Virus record (IMG/VR): IMGVR_UViG_3300033073_001071 | Location: 488-64,487 of that record | From: a virus | Reading direction: 5' to 3' (one strand) | Length of the DNA stretch: 64,000 nt | Shown: in pieces, positions 54,351 to 63,808 of the stretch | Position numbering within the stretch: position 1 is the first letter of the stretch | How the letters are laid out: the number at the start of each line of letters is the position of its first letter | The notes under the pieces: generated by a model | What the model was told of the DNA's origin: nothing | The model's database searches: none | Seen by the model: the letters and a program-made list of their open reading frames with translations, nothing else | Made by a program: the position numbers and the translations under genes

Positions 54351-57167
54351 TTATGACAATACTCCGATTTGGGGAAACTTAAGATATTTATCTCCTTGAC
54401 TTGGGGTAGTATAACTATCTCGAGCTGTGTGACTATAACTAAGGTTGCTTACTGTGGTTAGACTATTACTGTAAAGTTCTACATTTGTATTGCTGTGAAT
54501 TGTTTTTACAGTGCCCAAACGAACATTGGTATTTACTAAAATGGTATCATTTATATGTAAATCATTCATGAACAATGTAGTAGTTCCGTCCGCAGTAAAT
54601 GCAATATTTGATAAATTGGATGTTGCAGGATTATCAATAGTTAAGGTTACTGCACTAGAAATGCTAGTTATAGTTCCTAAACTATTTCCTGAATAATATA
54701 TTTGCTTGCCAACTGATAATTCTGTGTTAAAACTGGTACCGTATCCAGTAATTATTGGGCTGTTAACAGTAGCAGAAATTAGTCCTGTGCCAGAAATATT
54801 AGTAACGATTCCTTGTATGTAAGGACTAGATGTATTAGCAGAAATATTACCTGTTCCGGAAACAAAATTGTTTATTATAAACGAATTTGTGCTATAGGTA
54901 AAAGCAGTGGCTGTAACATTTGAATTTGCATTTGCCGTTAAAATTAACGCTGTTGCGTTACTTACTGTATCAATTATTCCTAAACTAACATTGCTAACAT
55001 ACAAAGTTTTGCCAGGCCATAATTCACTAGTAAACATGGTTCCCGATCCTGTAACCAAATTACTAGCAGTATTTGCTGTAATTGTGCCAGTGCCTGTGTT
55101 TGGATCTTTATCAAAATTATCACTTAGTACACTGTCATATTCATATCTGTCAATTGTAAATTCTATGTATTCAAAATCTTCAATAACTTCACTTATTCTA
55201 TAAGCTACTTCCAGAGCCTTGCCGGGCTGGACATAGCAAAGAACAAATGCTCTTGTAAATCCTAAAACTGTACCGTCTGTTTGTGTGCTGGTCATCCACT
55301 TTGGTAAAATACTTCTATTTTCATAACCTATATTGTCGCCTATTCTTTCATACATGTTAGGAAAACTGTTAGGATATACTGTGCTAACACCTGCTATGTT
55401 TGTAGGCCAAGTAACAGATAAGTTTGGACCTAGACCTTGATTATTAACTACTTCATCTATCAGTTCCAAATATACTACTTCATATATGGTATTTAGGTTA
55501 TCGTCTTGCGCCCTTGCAGTCTTTACATTTGCAAAAGGTAGTCGCTTCCAATAATGATTGTATGTCATTGCAGATACATAGTCTGCAATCTGTTGAGGAT
55601 TTAACCCCGTTTGTAATAAAACTCTACGCAAATTATTTTTTCCAAACCAAGGATCCCATTGTCTATATAGGTAACTAATTGGAATAATATCTGAATTATT
55701 TAAAATGCCATAGAATAAATCTCGTTGGCTTCTGGTTGGTAATAATTGGCAATATAAGTTTTCGTAAGGTTGCTTGTCTCTTTCAACTACGGTAATTGTG
55801 AATTCTTTTTCATCATAAACATAGCCGCCACTGTCACTTACTGCCACAGTAAATGTATATTTTTGATCCCATGTTGTAGCGTTGTTGTCAAATGTAATAG
55901 TTCCGCCGTCTAATTGAAAAACTTCGAAACTTACACGACCTGCTATAGTACCATCTGCTTGTAGCTCTAGTCCAATTGGCAATCCGCCTGTCGTTAATAA
56001 ACTATATTGTATAAACCTATTACTTGCTGTACTGGCACTGATATAAAGTTCACTTATATCACCATTGTATATTGTTCCCAGGTCTGAATCTGTATTCCAA
56101 ACAACAGTATCACTGATTTGGCCCAATATTTTAAGACTGAAATTTTTTGTTTCACTTACATAAGTTGGGTTACCAGTTTTGTAAACTCTAATACTAAAAT
56201 TAAATACATTGCTACTTAAAGAAGAATAAGGAACAAATCCAGTGATCCAACCGCTGTTTGGATCTAATGTAAGACCTGTGGGCAATGATCCAGACACTAA
56301 CTCGTATGTAATTGCATCTGCATCAAAATCTTCTGCTTCAATTTGATATGCAAATTTTGTATTTTGTCTTATAGTACCTAAACTCCCTGCTTCTGTATAT
56401 AATACTGGACTGTACAAAGTTGTAACGTCTGCTGTAATATAACTTGAATCTACAGTTTGTATGTCGTTGTCTGTAGTAAGACTTTGTCTCGCAAGTACAT
56501 ATAAGTTATAAATCTGTGTGTCTACATTTACTGAATCATCTGCTTGTACAGTAAATTGAAAATTTCTGCTGACATTAACACCCGAAAAATCAAATCCATA
56601 AACATCAAACGCACTTGCATCAAACCCTTGATTATCAGTTGTTTGATCGCTGGTTATTGGTCTTATGTAACCTTTTATTAAGCCTGTTTGACTTAGGGTT
56701 AATCCTGTGGGCAAAGACCCAGCAATGATACTAAACACAGGTGTTAGCAAATTATTGGGTTCGATGGCTTCAAGTTGAATTTCAACATAATTGCCGTCCA
56801 AATATGTGCCCAGGTTTTCTGTTGTTGGAATTATAACAGGAGGAATAATTCCTGCTACAGTAATTGTAAAGGTTCGGTCCGCTACTTGATTAAGATAATT
56901 TTTGCATCTAACTGTAAATGTGCTGGTAGTTACTTTGCTAACTGCCGATGGTACACCTCTAATTTGTCCTAGTACCGGTATGCCTAAAATTCTACCATCG
57001 TCGTATAATTGTAATCCATCTGGTAAGGCCCCCGACACTAATTGAAATGTAACAGCAGCACCGCCCGCTGGATTATAAGCATCTAAAGGCAGTTCATAAT
57101 ATTCCAATTCAGGAATAATTCCTAGATCTCCTGCGGGGGTAATCCAAATAGGTGCGGTGTTGGCCAT
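54351..57167 (-). CDS. baseplate-associated protein with Ig-like (He_PIG-type) repeats
   Basis: Repeated GSLPxGLxL...G.I.G units; LPKWMTS and DKYLKFP. Confidence 0.75.
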   Translation of the reverse strand: MANTAPIWITPAGDLGIIPELEYYELPLDAYNPAGGAAVTFQLVSGALPDGLQLYDDGRILGIPVLGQIRGVPSAVSKVTTSTFTVRCKNYLNQVADRTFTITVAGIIPPVIIPTTENLGTYLDGNYVEIQLEAIEPNNLLTPVFSIIAGSLPTGLTLSQTGLIKGYIRPITSDQTTDNQGFDASAFDVYGFDFSGVNVSRNFQFTVQADDSVNVDTQIYNLYVLARQSLTTDNDIQTVDSSYITADVTTLYSPVLYTEAGSLGTIRQNTKFAYQIEAEDFDADAITYELVSGSLPTGLTLDPNSGWITGFVPYSSLSSNVFNFSIRVYKTGNPTYVSETKNFSLKILGQISDTVVWNTDSDLGTIYNGDISELYISASTASNRFIQYSLLTTGGLPIGLELQADGTIAGRVSFEVFQLDGGTITFDNNATTWDQKYTFTVAVSDSGGYVYDEKEFTITVVERDKQPYENLYCQLLPTRSQRDLFYGILNNSDIIPISYLYRQWDPWFGKNNLRRVLLQTGLNPQQIADYVSAMTYNHYWKRLPFANVKTARAQDDNLNTIYEVVYLELIDEVVNNQGLGPNLSVTWPTNIAGVSTVYPNSFPNMYERIGDNIGYENRSILPKWMTSTQTDGTVLGFTRAFVLCYVQPGKALEVAYRISEVIEDFEYIEFTIDRYEYDSVLSDNFDKDPNTGTGTITANTASNLVTGSGTMFTSELWPGKTLYVSNVSLGIIDTVSNATALILTANANSNVTATAFTYSTNSFIINNFVSGTGNISANTSSPYIQGIVTNISGTGLISATVNSPIITGYGTSFNTELSVGKQIYYSGNSLGTITSISSAVTLTIDNPATSNLSNIAFTADGTTTLFMNDLHINDTILVNTNVRLGTVKTIHSNTNVELYSNSLTTVSNLSYSHTARDSYTTPSQGDKYLKFPQIGVLS

Positions 57168-57168
57168 A

Positions 57169-57966
57169 TTATGTATTAGCTACCATTGCAAAAATATTTG
57201 CAGAGGTGGTATCAGTTGATATCATTGATATGGTTGCAACAGTACCATTAGCTACTGCAATATTAGCGTTTCCTTTATTATTATTGCTGTTTATTAGTGT
57301 TACTATTCTAGTAGACCCTGTGTTGTTAAAAAATATGTAATCTTTGCGTATTCCTGATTCAGGTGTTCCAACAAGTGTAAATGCTACATTAGAACTCATA
57401 TGAAAAGCTACTTGTGAAACATTGGTTAAGTTAAAAATAAGATTATAAGTGCCGTTAGCGGATGGCGCAGTTAATGTTTGATACTGTAAAGATTTTACTA
57501 AAGAAATAGAAGTGCTGTTTAAAATTAAATTGCCAACAACTGACACATTTGAAGTAACAGATGAACCAATACTATTAATACTTGCTTGATTTGCTGTGGT
57601 TAAAGTACCAGTTAAACTAGCACCACTGTTTCCAATAGTTGCGGCACTTACCGTGCTGGCAATAACTGATGTTACATTGACTGCGGATCCTGTTAGTGTA
57701 GCGCCCGAATTACCAATAGTTGCAGCACTGACTGTAGCACCCAAAAAAGCCGTGCCTGCATTTCCTATAGTGCCGCCGTTTATAATGTTAAAAGTGCTGG
57801 TACCTGAACTAGTAATATTAGCAGTTAAGTTAGCTACATCTGTGTTAGGGAAGAAAGCTTCGATAAATTGAAAGTTTTCATTTACTTTGATGAACGCATT
57901 CCTAATGGTATCCCCGGTACCGTCGTTAGGCGCTGATCCTACATTGATATTTGGTAATAAAGGCAT
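57169..57966 (-). CDS. tail fibre/baseplate connector (gp9/gp10-like N-terminus)
   Basis: INVGSAPNDGTGDTIRNAFIKVNENF; TVSAATIGNSGA repeats. Confidence 0.75.
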   Translation of the reverse strand: MPLLPNINVGSAPNDGTGDTIRNAFIKVNENFQFIEAFFPNTDVANLTANITSSGTSTFNIINGGTIGNAGTAFLGATVSAATIGNSGATLTGSAVNVTSVIASTVSAATIGNSGASLTGTLTTANQASINSIGSSVTSNVSVVGNLILNSTSISLVKSLQYQTLTAPSANGTYNLIFNLTNVSQVAFHMSSNVAFTLVGTPESGIRKDYIFFNNTGSTRIVTLINSNNNKGNANIAVANGTVATISMISTDTTSANIFAMVANT

Positions 57967-57970
57967 AGTC

Positions 57971-58008
57971 GTTTTAAACCCGTTTTACTTATTTAGCGGG
58001 TTTTAAAC
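57971..58008 (-). terminator. hairpin after erpA with a late-type promoter in its loop
   Basis: GTTTAAAACCCG...CGGGTTTAAAAC imperfect inverted repeat enclosing CTAAATA. Confidence 0.55.
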
Positions 58009-58009
58009 T

Positions 58010-58336
58010 TTAATAAGGTGCGAAACTGCTGCCGCAACCGCAGGTTGTTTGAGCATTTGGATTATTAATAGTGAAACTGTTGCCCATGACATCTTCTTTA
58101 TAATCAATACTTGCACCGTCCAAGTACATCATACTGGCGCTGTCTATTAACACCGTAATTCCATCTTCTTCTATGGCAAAATCATCTTCATTTTGACTTT
58201 CGTCAAATGTAAATCCATACTGCATACCACTACAGCCGCCGCCCTGCACAAAAGTGCGAAGTTTTAAAGATGGATTATTTTCCTCTGCTAACAAATCTTT
58301 AATTTTATTAACAGCACTATCGGTTAATGTTAGCAT
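58010..58336 (-). CDS. erpA: Fe-S cluster carrier ErpA/IscA family
   Basis: [11 protein letters not shown] and [14 protein letters not shown]. Confidence 0.93.
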   Translation of the reverse strand: MLTLTDSAVNKIKDLLAEENNPSLKLRTFVQGGGCSGMQYGFTFDESQNEDDFAIEEDGITVLIDSASMMYLDGASIDYKEDVMGNSFTINNPNAQTTCGCGSSFAPY

Positions 58337-58337
58337 A

Positions 58338-58898
58338 TTATTTTCCTGCGTAAATTCGAATATTGACACGATCCCAATTAATCAATTGCCAAATTCTCTC
58401 TAAGTAGCGTTTTTTGTCAGCACCGTAGTCCAGAGCCCAGGCATGCTCCCACCAATCAATTAACAATGCAATGTCGTTTTTAATTTGGTGATTTTTAATA
58501 GTTTTAATTTCGCCTGTGCGACTTAGATAAATCCAACCTGAACCCTGTATTTTCATAGCTTCAATTTGAAACTTTTCTTTAAAGTCTTTGAAACTGCCGT
58601 ATTTTTTATTAATTAAAGTTAAACTAGCACCACGAGGTTGATTGCTGGGCCGGGGATGCTGAAACTGACTAAACAGGATATTGTGTAAAAAAGCACCAGC
58701 TTCGTTAAAAGTAGGGTCACCTTCACCTTTGTTAAAACGATCTACATAACCCTGTGCTAACTTACCGTAGTGGTAGTCAATGGTCTTTTTGCTCATTACA
58801 GGCTCAAGGGCACTGCGGCCATAGGGCAGTTTATTAAGCTCTAGCTGTTTGCCTTTGGATTCTACTAGTTCGATTAACTGTTTAATATCTTGCGTCAT
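58338..58898 (-). CDS. Fe/Mn superoxide dismutase
   Basis: LPY..ALEP, YHYGK, LHN, QGSGW and DWWEHA metal ligands. Confidence 0.88.
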   Translation of the reverse strand: MTQDIKQLIELVESKGKQLELNKLPYGRSALEPVMSKKTIDYHYGKLAQGYVDRFNKGEGDPTFNEAGAFLHNILFSQFQHPRPSNQPRGASLTLINKKYGSFKDFKEKFQIEAMKIQGSGWIYLSRTGEIKTIKNHQIKNDIALLIDWWEHAWALDYGADKKRYLERIWQLINWDRVNIRIYAGK

Positions 58899-58906
58899 GC
58901 AAGTAT

Positions 58907-59125
58907 TTATTGCCTATACATGATGCGCCCTTTAGTAAGATCATAGGGGCTCATTTCTAATGTTACACGATCTCCAGCAATAATTTTGATATCGTGTTTT
59001 CGCATTTTCCCGCCTACATAGGCTGTGACAAGGTGTTCTGTGCTGTCTAACTTAACTCTAAACATGGCATTTCCTAGTACTTCTATTACTTTGCCCTGCA
59101 TTTTCATCGCTTCTTCTTTAGCCAA
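58907..59125 (-). CDS. infA: translation initiation factor IF-1
   Basis: MAKEE...[33 protein letters not shown]. Confidence 0.95.
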   Translation of the reverse strand: MAKEEAMKMQGKVIEVLGNAMFRVKLDSTEHLVTAYVGGKMRKHDIKIIAGDRVTLEMSPYDLTKGRIMYRQ

Positions 59126-59149
59126 TTTGGTTTCACGCTCCTTAAACTA

Positions 59150-59431
59150 TTATTTAACTGTTAGATTCCGGGCACGAAGTTTTACCCAGGCAAATTCTTC
59201 CATAGCCGTTTTGTTGTTGGTGATGTACCCCTGCTTGCGGAATTTGAAATCAACAACTTGCGCCCAACTTTGGTGGACAAGCCTCACACCGCCTCGGGGG
59301 CCCTGGCACCATGCTAAATCACTTTCTTCAATAATTTTTGGTTCATACCAACTTAACTGTATGGGCGAAGAGTCTGACGGAAAGCACCAAGCATAGTCGC
59401 CCTTGATGCCATAATAATGATACTTAGCCAC
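59150..59431 (-). CDS. hypothetical protein
   Basis: Probable GTG start at 59431; WCQGPRGGVR. Confidence 0.55.
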   Translation of the reverse strand: MAKYHYYGIKGDYAWCFPSDSSPIQLSWYEPKIIEESDLAWCQGPRGGVRLVHQSWAQVVDFKFRKQGYITNNKTAMEEFAWVKLRARNLTVK

Positions 59432-59822
59432 GACGCATCCTTGCCTGTTCTTTAGCTTCTTCGTCACTAAAGATAGGCACAGCATTGCTCTTGTGCAGTG
59501 TACCAATACCAATCATTTTGTCACCAGTATATTGCTGACGAGGCTTACTGGACACTGCACCTAAATGGTCGTCGGGCACACTGCGGCCAATACGGGCAGT
59601 TTCGCGTCCCGGAGGAGCAGTCAGTTTATAAGCGGTATGCAGGGGTTCAAAAATTTTAGCCACTCGTTTCTCCTTAGTGGGCACGCCATGTCGTTGTTTA
59701 AGAGCTTCCCAATCTTCAGCAAGTTTTCTTGCTCGTTGCGCTTCTTCAGCTGAACGAAACTTTTGCTTGCCTTTTTTCTTACCACCAAGGCTAAGACTGG
59801 GATGATGCAAGTGCATTGACAT
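59424..59822 (-). CDS. conserved T4-like phage hypothetical protein
   Basis: YTGDKMIGIGTLHKSNAVPIF; sigma70-type promoter at 59852-59880. Confidence 0.7.
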   Translation of the reverse strand: MSMHLHHPSLSLGGKKKGKQKFRSAEEAQRARKLAEDWEALKQRHGVPTKEKRVAKIFEPLHTAYKLTAPPGRETARIGRSVPDDHLGAVSSKPRQQYTGDKMIGIGTLHKSNAVPIFSDEEAKEQARMRRG

Positions 59823-59894
59823 AGGGCACCTATATTTGTTGCAAGGCTTTAATTATAGCACAATTGGCAATTTTGCACAAGTAATACCGAAGTA

Positions 59895-60272
59895 CTAGTT
59901 TTCCTGCACTGTGTACTTTTTGAACTGCCAGTCGGGGGCTTTGATATATTCGTTGTTGGTAAACAAAAACAAGTGGTTAGGATAACGGCGTTTAACATGA
60001 TCGATTAGCTCTTGGTCAGTGCGTCCTTGACCTAAAAATTCGCCGTCATCATTGTCGTACCAATAGTAGATGTCACCGTGTTTTTCCACTGAGACACGAT
60101 GCACAATTTCATCAACCGTTTTGTAAAAGTTATCTAACCTTTCTTGTTCCTGCGGCTTAGTAACTACAAAATATTTGAATACGCTAAGACACAAGCTGAT
60201 GATAAAAATCCACCCTACCATGTTTAGGAAAAACATGAAGAATTCTACCACAATGTCGTTGTTGATATCCAT
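59895..60272 (-). CDS. membrane-anchored hypothetical protein
   Basis: N-terminal TM helix; YWYDNDDGEFLGQG. Confidence 0.6.
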   Translation of the reverse strand: MDINNDIVVEFFMFFLNMVGWIFIISLCLSVFKYFVVTKPQEQERLDNFYKTVDEIVHRVSVEKHGDIYYWYDNDDGEFLGQGRTDQELIDHVKRRYPNHLFLFTNNEYIKAPDWQFKKYTVQEN

Positions 60273-60273
60273 A

Positions 60274-61113
60274 TTAAGTCCACAGGCTTTCACGAATTTT
60301 AATTAGACGAATCATCATTGCTTCATCTTCTTTGGCATATTGTTGTTCAATTTTGCGACTGAGTTTAAGAGCCCTACGACCCAATGCTTCAGTTTCTTTA
60401 TTTTTAGATTGAATACCAATCCAACGCAGGCCTTCACCGGATTCTTCTCGCATGCGATTGCAGTATTCTGTCCAACCGCTGGCATCCATGGGATCGGGAC
60501 GATTGGGATAAACTTCAGTCCACCACTTGTACAGTTCCAAAATTTCTTTTGCAGCTTTAGCTTGGTGAGTGGGCTTACCAATGTTAGCACTGCCGGGCTC
60601 GCACTCGTCTTCTTTCCAAACTAATTCACTTTGCCATTTTAGATTGTCAAGGCCAGCTTGTGGACATCGCCAAGCACGAACATTCCACCAACCAAAACGC
60701 CACCAGGGTGCATTGTATTTGGCTCTGTTTTCTTTGCTTTCCCATGCCAAGTGCCACCATGCTAACTCTACTTCAACATAATTAACCAATTCGTTGAAAA
60801 GACACGGAAGGAACCTGTTGCCCACATCACGCCACTGACCGCGAGGAATATCCCGAGCACTAGCGGTAAGAGCATGAGTACGAGTAATAAAACGGTTGTT
60901 AATGTAATACTTGATGTCATAGAGTTTATTGGGAATATACAGAAAAACATCTTGAATACGATCCAGACCTTCTTCGGCAATCCACCAGCGAACAGGGTGG
61001 GCTTCACGGGCTTTGGTTTCCCATTCATGCCACTGTTCGCCAGTGCCCATTTTAAGTTTGCTGGATCCTCGCACCCAGTCTGCAAAAGGTGTACAACTCC
61101 AATAATTTCTCAT
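60274..61113 (-). CDS. conserved Trp-rich phage protein
   Basis: 279 aa, ELYKWWT..RPDP, EDEAMMIRLIKIRESLWT. Confidence 0.75.
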   Translation of the reverse strand: MRNYWSCTPFADWVRGSSKLKMGTGEQWHEWETKAREAHPVRWWIAEEGLDRIQDVFLYIPNKLYDIKYYINNRFITRTHALTASARDIPRGQWRDVGNRFLPCLFNELVNYVEVELAWWHLAWESKENRAKYNAPWWRFGWWNVRAWRCPQAGLDNLKWQSELVWKEDECEPGSANIGKPTHQAKAAKEILELYKWWTEVYPNRPDPMDASGWTEYCNRMREESGEGLRWIGIQSKNKETEALGRRALKLSRKIEQQYAKEDEAMMIRLIKIRESLWT

Positions 61114-61784
61114 TCTTTCTTTCCGCCAAACAGTTGAAGTAGGCTTAAAAACAAGTTAATAAAATCTAGGTACAGCGTCAGCGCACCTATTACTTCTTCG
61201 CGGCCAGTTTCAGTATCGCGGCTTACCAGTTCCCTGATAGTCTGTGTGTCGTATGCAGTCAATCCCAAAAAGACAATGATGGCCAAAGCACTGATCACCA
61301 TCTGCATGACTGTACTGCCAATAAAGATATTGACAATGCTGGCAAGGCAAATTGCAATCAAACCCACAATCAAGAACTGTCCCATGCTGGTTAGATCTCG
61401 TTTAGTGAAATATCCATAAAAGCTCATAGTACCGAACAAAATTGCTCCGCCCATGAAGGCCGACACAATTGATCCCATGGTGTAGACCGCAAAGATAGTA
61501 CTGAAACTCAGGCCCATCAATGCAGCGAATCCATGTAAGAACAGTTGCAGTGCTGGTGTACTGAATCGCTCCTGTGCAAAACTAAAGGCCAAAATTGCTG
61601 CAAGGGGAGAAAAAATCACAATCCATTTCATTGCGCCTGTAAAGAAAAACTCCAGGAGTTCGGGCGTAGTGCCAACAATGAAACTGATGATCATGCTGGT
61701 AACGACAGCTAAACTCATATGCCTGTAAACACGAGCCATTGCTGCATTAATTTGGCTTGCTGAACGATAAATTGCTAAATCCAT
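61110..61784 (-). CDS. Bax inhibitor-1/YccA family membrane protein
   Basis: About 7 TM helices; YGYFTKRDL, LTAYDTQ and GALTLYLDFINLF. Confidence 0.9.
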   Translation of the reverse strand: MDLAIYRSASQINAAMARVYRHMSLAVVTSMIISFIVGTTPELLEFFFTGAMKWIVIFSPLAAILAFSFAQERFSTPALQLFLHGFAALMGLSFSTIFAVYTMGSIVSAFMGGAILFGTMSFYGYFTKRDLTSMGQFLIVGLIAICLASIVNIFIGSTVMQMVISALAIIVFLGLTAYDTQTIRELVSRDTETGREEVIGALTLYLDFINLFLSLLQLFGGKKE

Positions 61785-61794
61785 TTTTTACTCC

Positions 61795-62196
61795 TTAAAA
61801 AAATTCTGGAACAAAACCATTGCCAATACCTTTGTCGGTATATGGCTTTAAGTTGGGAGGTTGCCAACCTTCGGGCTTCAACACTTTGCCATCTTCACGC
61901 TTACGAACCTTGCCAGTATCTTTGTCGATCTTAGCAAAGTTAGTACGCATGACTTCTTTCCACGCACCTTCTATATCACAGCCCATGCTATGTGCAGCAC
62001 CAATAGTGACTACCAATATGTCAGTTAATGCGTCCACAATTTCTTCAGGGTTGCAATCTTTGACAGCAACTTTCAGTTCACTAAATTCTTCCTCAATCAA
62101 ATTAACATATAGATTGAATTGTTCAACATTCCAGTTGTCTGTGGTTTGATCACAGGCCTGCATGAATTTTTCTTGATCTTTAAAGGGATTAGTCAC
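61795..62196 (-). CDS. MazG-like/PRA-PH nucleotide pyrophosphohydrolase
   Basis: LIEEEFSEL, DALTDI and NFAK...REDGKVLKPEGW. Confidence 0.85.
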   Translation of the reverse strand: MTNPFKDQEKFMQACDQTTDNWNVEQFNLYVNLIEEEFSELKVAVKDCNPEEIVDALTDILVVTIGAAHSMGCDIEGAWKEVMRTNFAKIDKDTGKVRKREDGKVLKPEGWQPPNLKPYTDKGIGNGFVPEFF

Positions 62197-62764
62197 CGTG
62201 AATTACCTTCCATCCTAGTTTGTTTAAATCTTGTTCAATTTCTTCTGTTACTGTGCTTTCACTTACAAACTTCAGAGAGTCTGTGTAGTAAACTTTTTGT
62301 TCGTCGGTTAAACTGTCGTACTCTGCTTGGTCAAATGTTTCAGGACCATTTCTGATACCACTACAGTACCAGTCAATGTAGTCACCTTCTTGTCGCATGT
62401 CAGCTATAATTCCACCTGCACTGCGCCAACTGCATGACCAGTATTCATCTTTGAGAATAGGCCAAACATCCAACCGTTGAAAACTGTTATTACACATGGC
62501 CGCATACAGATTTTGACTGTAGACTCTGCTGGCACGAACTTTGGCAAGAATCCACTCTGTAGTACAGAGATCATAGCTCATGTTATTTTTCTGCCACTCA
62601 GTGCTTTCTTCTAATTCCATGTCTACTTGTTCCCAGGTTTTCATAACTTCCAGCATTTCTTTAGCTGCTTTAACATCTTCTGGTGATTTTGCTTCGGCTA
62701 TTTTCCGTTCATAGCTGCGCTTTCGAAAACTGTGTCTGTCCGGACTGCGACTCATCTTATTCAT
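62189..62764 (-). CDS. conserved phage hypothetical protein
   Basis: QNLYAAMCNN, WSCSWRSAGGI and YIDWYCSG. Confidence 0.75.
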   Translation of the reverse strand: MNKMSRSPDRHSFRKRSYERKIAEAKSPEDVKAAKEMLEVMKTWEQVDMELEESTEWQKNNMSYDLCTTEWILAKVRASRVYSQNLYAAMCNNSFQRLDVWPILKDEYWSCSWRSAGGIIADMRQEGDYIDWYCSGIRNGPETFDQAEYDSLTDEQKVYYTDSLKFVSESTVTEEIEQDLNKLGWKVIHGD

Positions 62765-62781
62765 GAAGTATTATAACATGA

Positions 62782-63525
62782 TTACGAATTTTGTGCTATC
62801 AGTTGTCTAGCCAAACTGTCTCTTTGTTGTTTGGTTGGTTCTCCCAAAATAACAATGGCTTGCATTTGACCAGATTTTTCAACCATTAAAATTATGCACC
62901 TGCCTGCGTGGCTAGTATAACCAGTTTTGGTTAGCACAATGTTATCGAATTCGGACAGCAGTGCCTTGCTGGTACTAGTATACACGGGCCGTTCTTTATA
63001 TCCATATTTAGTTTTTACAACTGTGTAGATTTCAGATTGGTTAGCCACAGTTCTTATAAAGTTATAACGATAAGCGTTAACCAATAACTCAACCAATTCA
63101 TTGGCAGTGCTGAGATTAAACACGCCCAAGCCACTGGGATCAATAAATTTTGTATGTTCTAAATTCAGCTGAGCCGCTTTGACATTCATAGCAGAAATAA
63201 ATGCGGCTCTTCCACCTGGATAATTTTTAGCTAAAACTTCGGCGGCAGAGTTGTCACTGCGTACCAACAGACTGGTCAACAGTACACTGACCTGTTCTGT
63301 TTGTTTTTTATTAATTTTTAATTTTTGATCTAAATTATAATAGTCCAAAGCCACCATGGCAGTCATAAGTTTAGTAATACTAGCAATGGGCCTAACTACA
63401 TTGGCATTGAACTGTTCTACCACAGTGTCTGTAGTGACATTATAAACTAGCACACTAGGCGACTGTGCAGCCTGTGCCTTACAAAAAATAAACAAAGATA
63501 AAATAGTTACAAGAATTTTTCGCAT
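62782..63525 (-). CDS. D-Ala-D-Ala carboxy/endopeptidase (peptidase S11)
   Basis: Signal peptide; SITK (SxxK), SDN (SxN) and KTG motifs. Confidence 0.9.
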   Translation of the reverse strand: MRKILVTILSLFIFCKAQAAQSPSVLVYNVTTDTVVEQFNANVVRPIASITKLMTAMVALDYYNLDQKLKINKKQTEQVSVLLTSLLVRSDNSAAEVLAKNYPGGRAAFISAMNVKAAQLNLEHTKFIDPSGLGVFNLSTANELVELLVNAYRYNFIRTVANQSEIYTVVKTKYGYKERPVYTSTSKALLSEFDNIVLTKTGYTSHAGRCIILMVEKSGQMQAIVILGEPTKQQRDSLARQLIAQNS

Positions 63526-63532
63526 CAATTAT

Positions 63533-63808
63533 TTACTTTGACCTACTTTTCTCTTGCTCAAGATCAAGGTTTTTCAGCAGTTTTATGTCTTTGTGTGCTA
63601 CTATAATTACACTATGATACTTGCCGTTGTGCTGCAAAGGCAAGTCTAAAATAATGCTGACTTGGGGTCTGTGGTCAGCGGTAATGATGGTGTCTACGCC
63701 AACTTTGCCCACAAAAGGAATTTTATTCCAATGCCCATACACACGGTCGCCTAAGAAATATTTAGGCTTATAAGAATTGCGTTCAAAATATTCTGACAAA
63801 TTACCCAT
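63533..63808 (-). CDS. hypothetical protein
   Basis: 91 aa, GDRVYGHWNKIPFVG. Confidence 0.65.
   Translation of the reverse strand: MGNLSEYFERNSYKPKYFLGDRVYGHWNKIPFVGKVGVDTIITADHRPQVSIILDLPLQHNGKYHSVIIVAHKDIKLLKNLDLEQEKSRSK

Noticed and set aside
54351-57966. Diversity-generating retroelement or invertible segment in the tail genes
   Set aside because: No reverse transcriptase, invertase or template/variable repeat pair seen; the repeats are ordinary protein-level Ig and fibre repeats
2504-62355. Many plus-strand ORFs of 60-130 aa in the track, and short minus-strand ORFs nested in other frames
   Set aside because: They lie antisense to or inside well-supported genes and have no recognisable motifs; only phoH is a credible plus-strand gene
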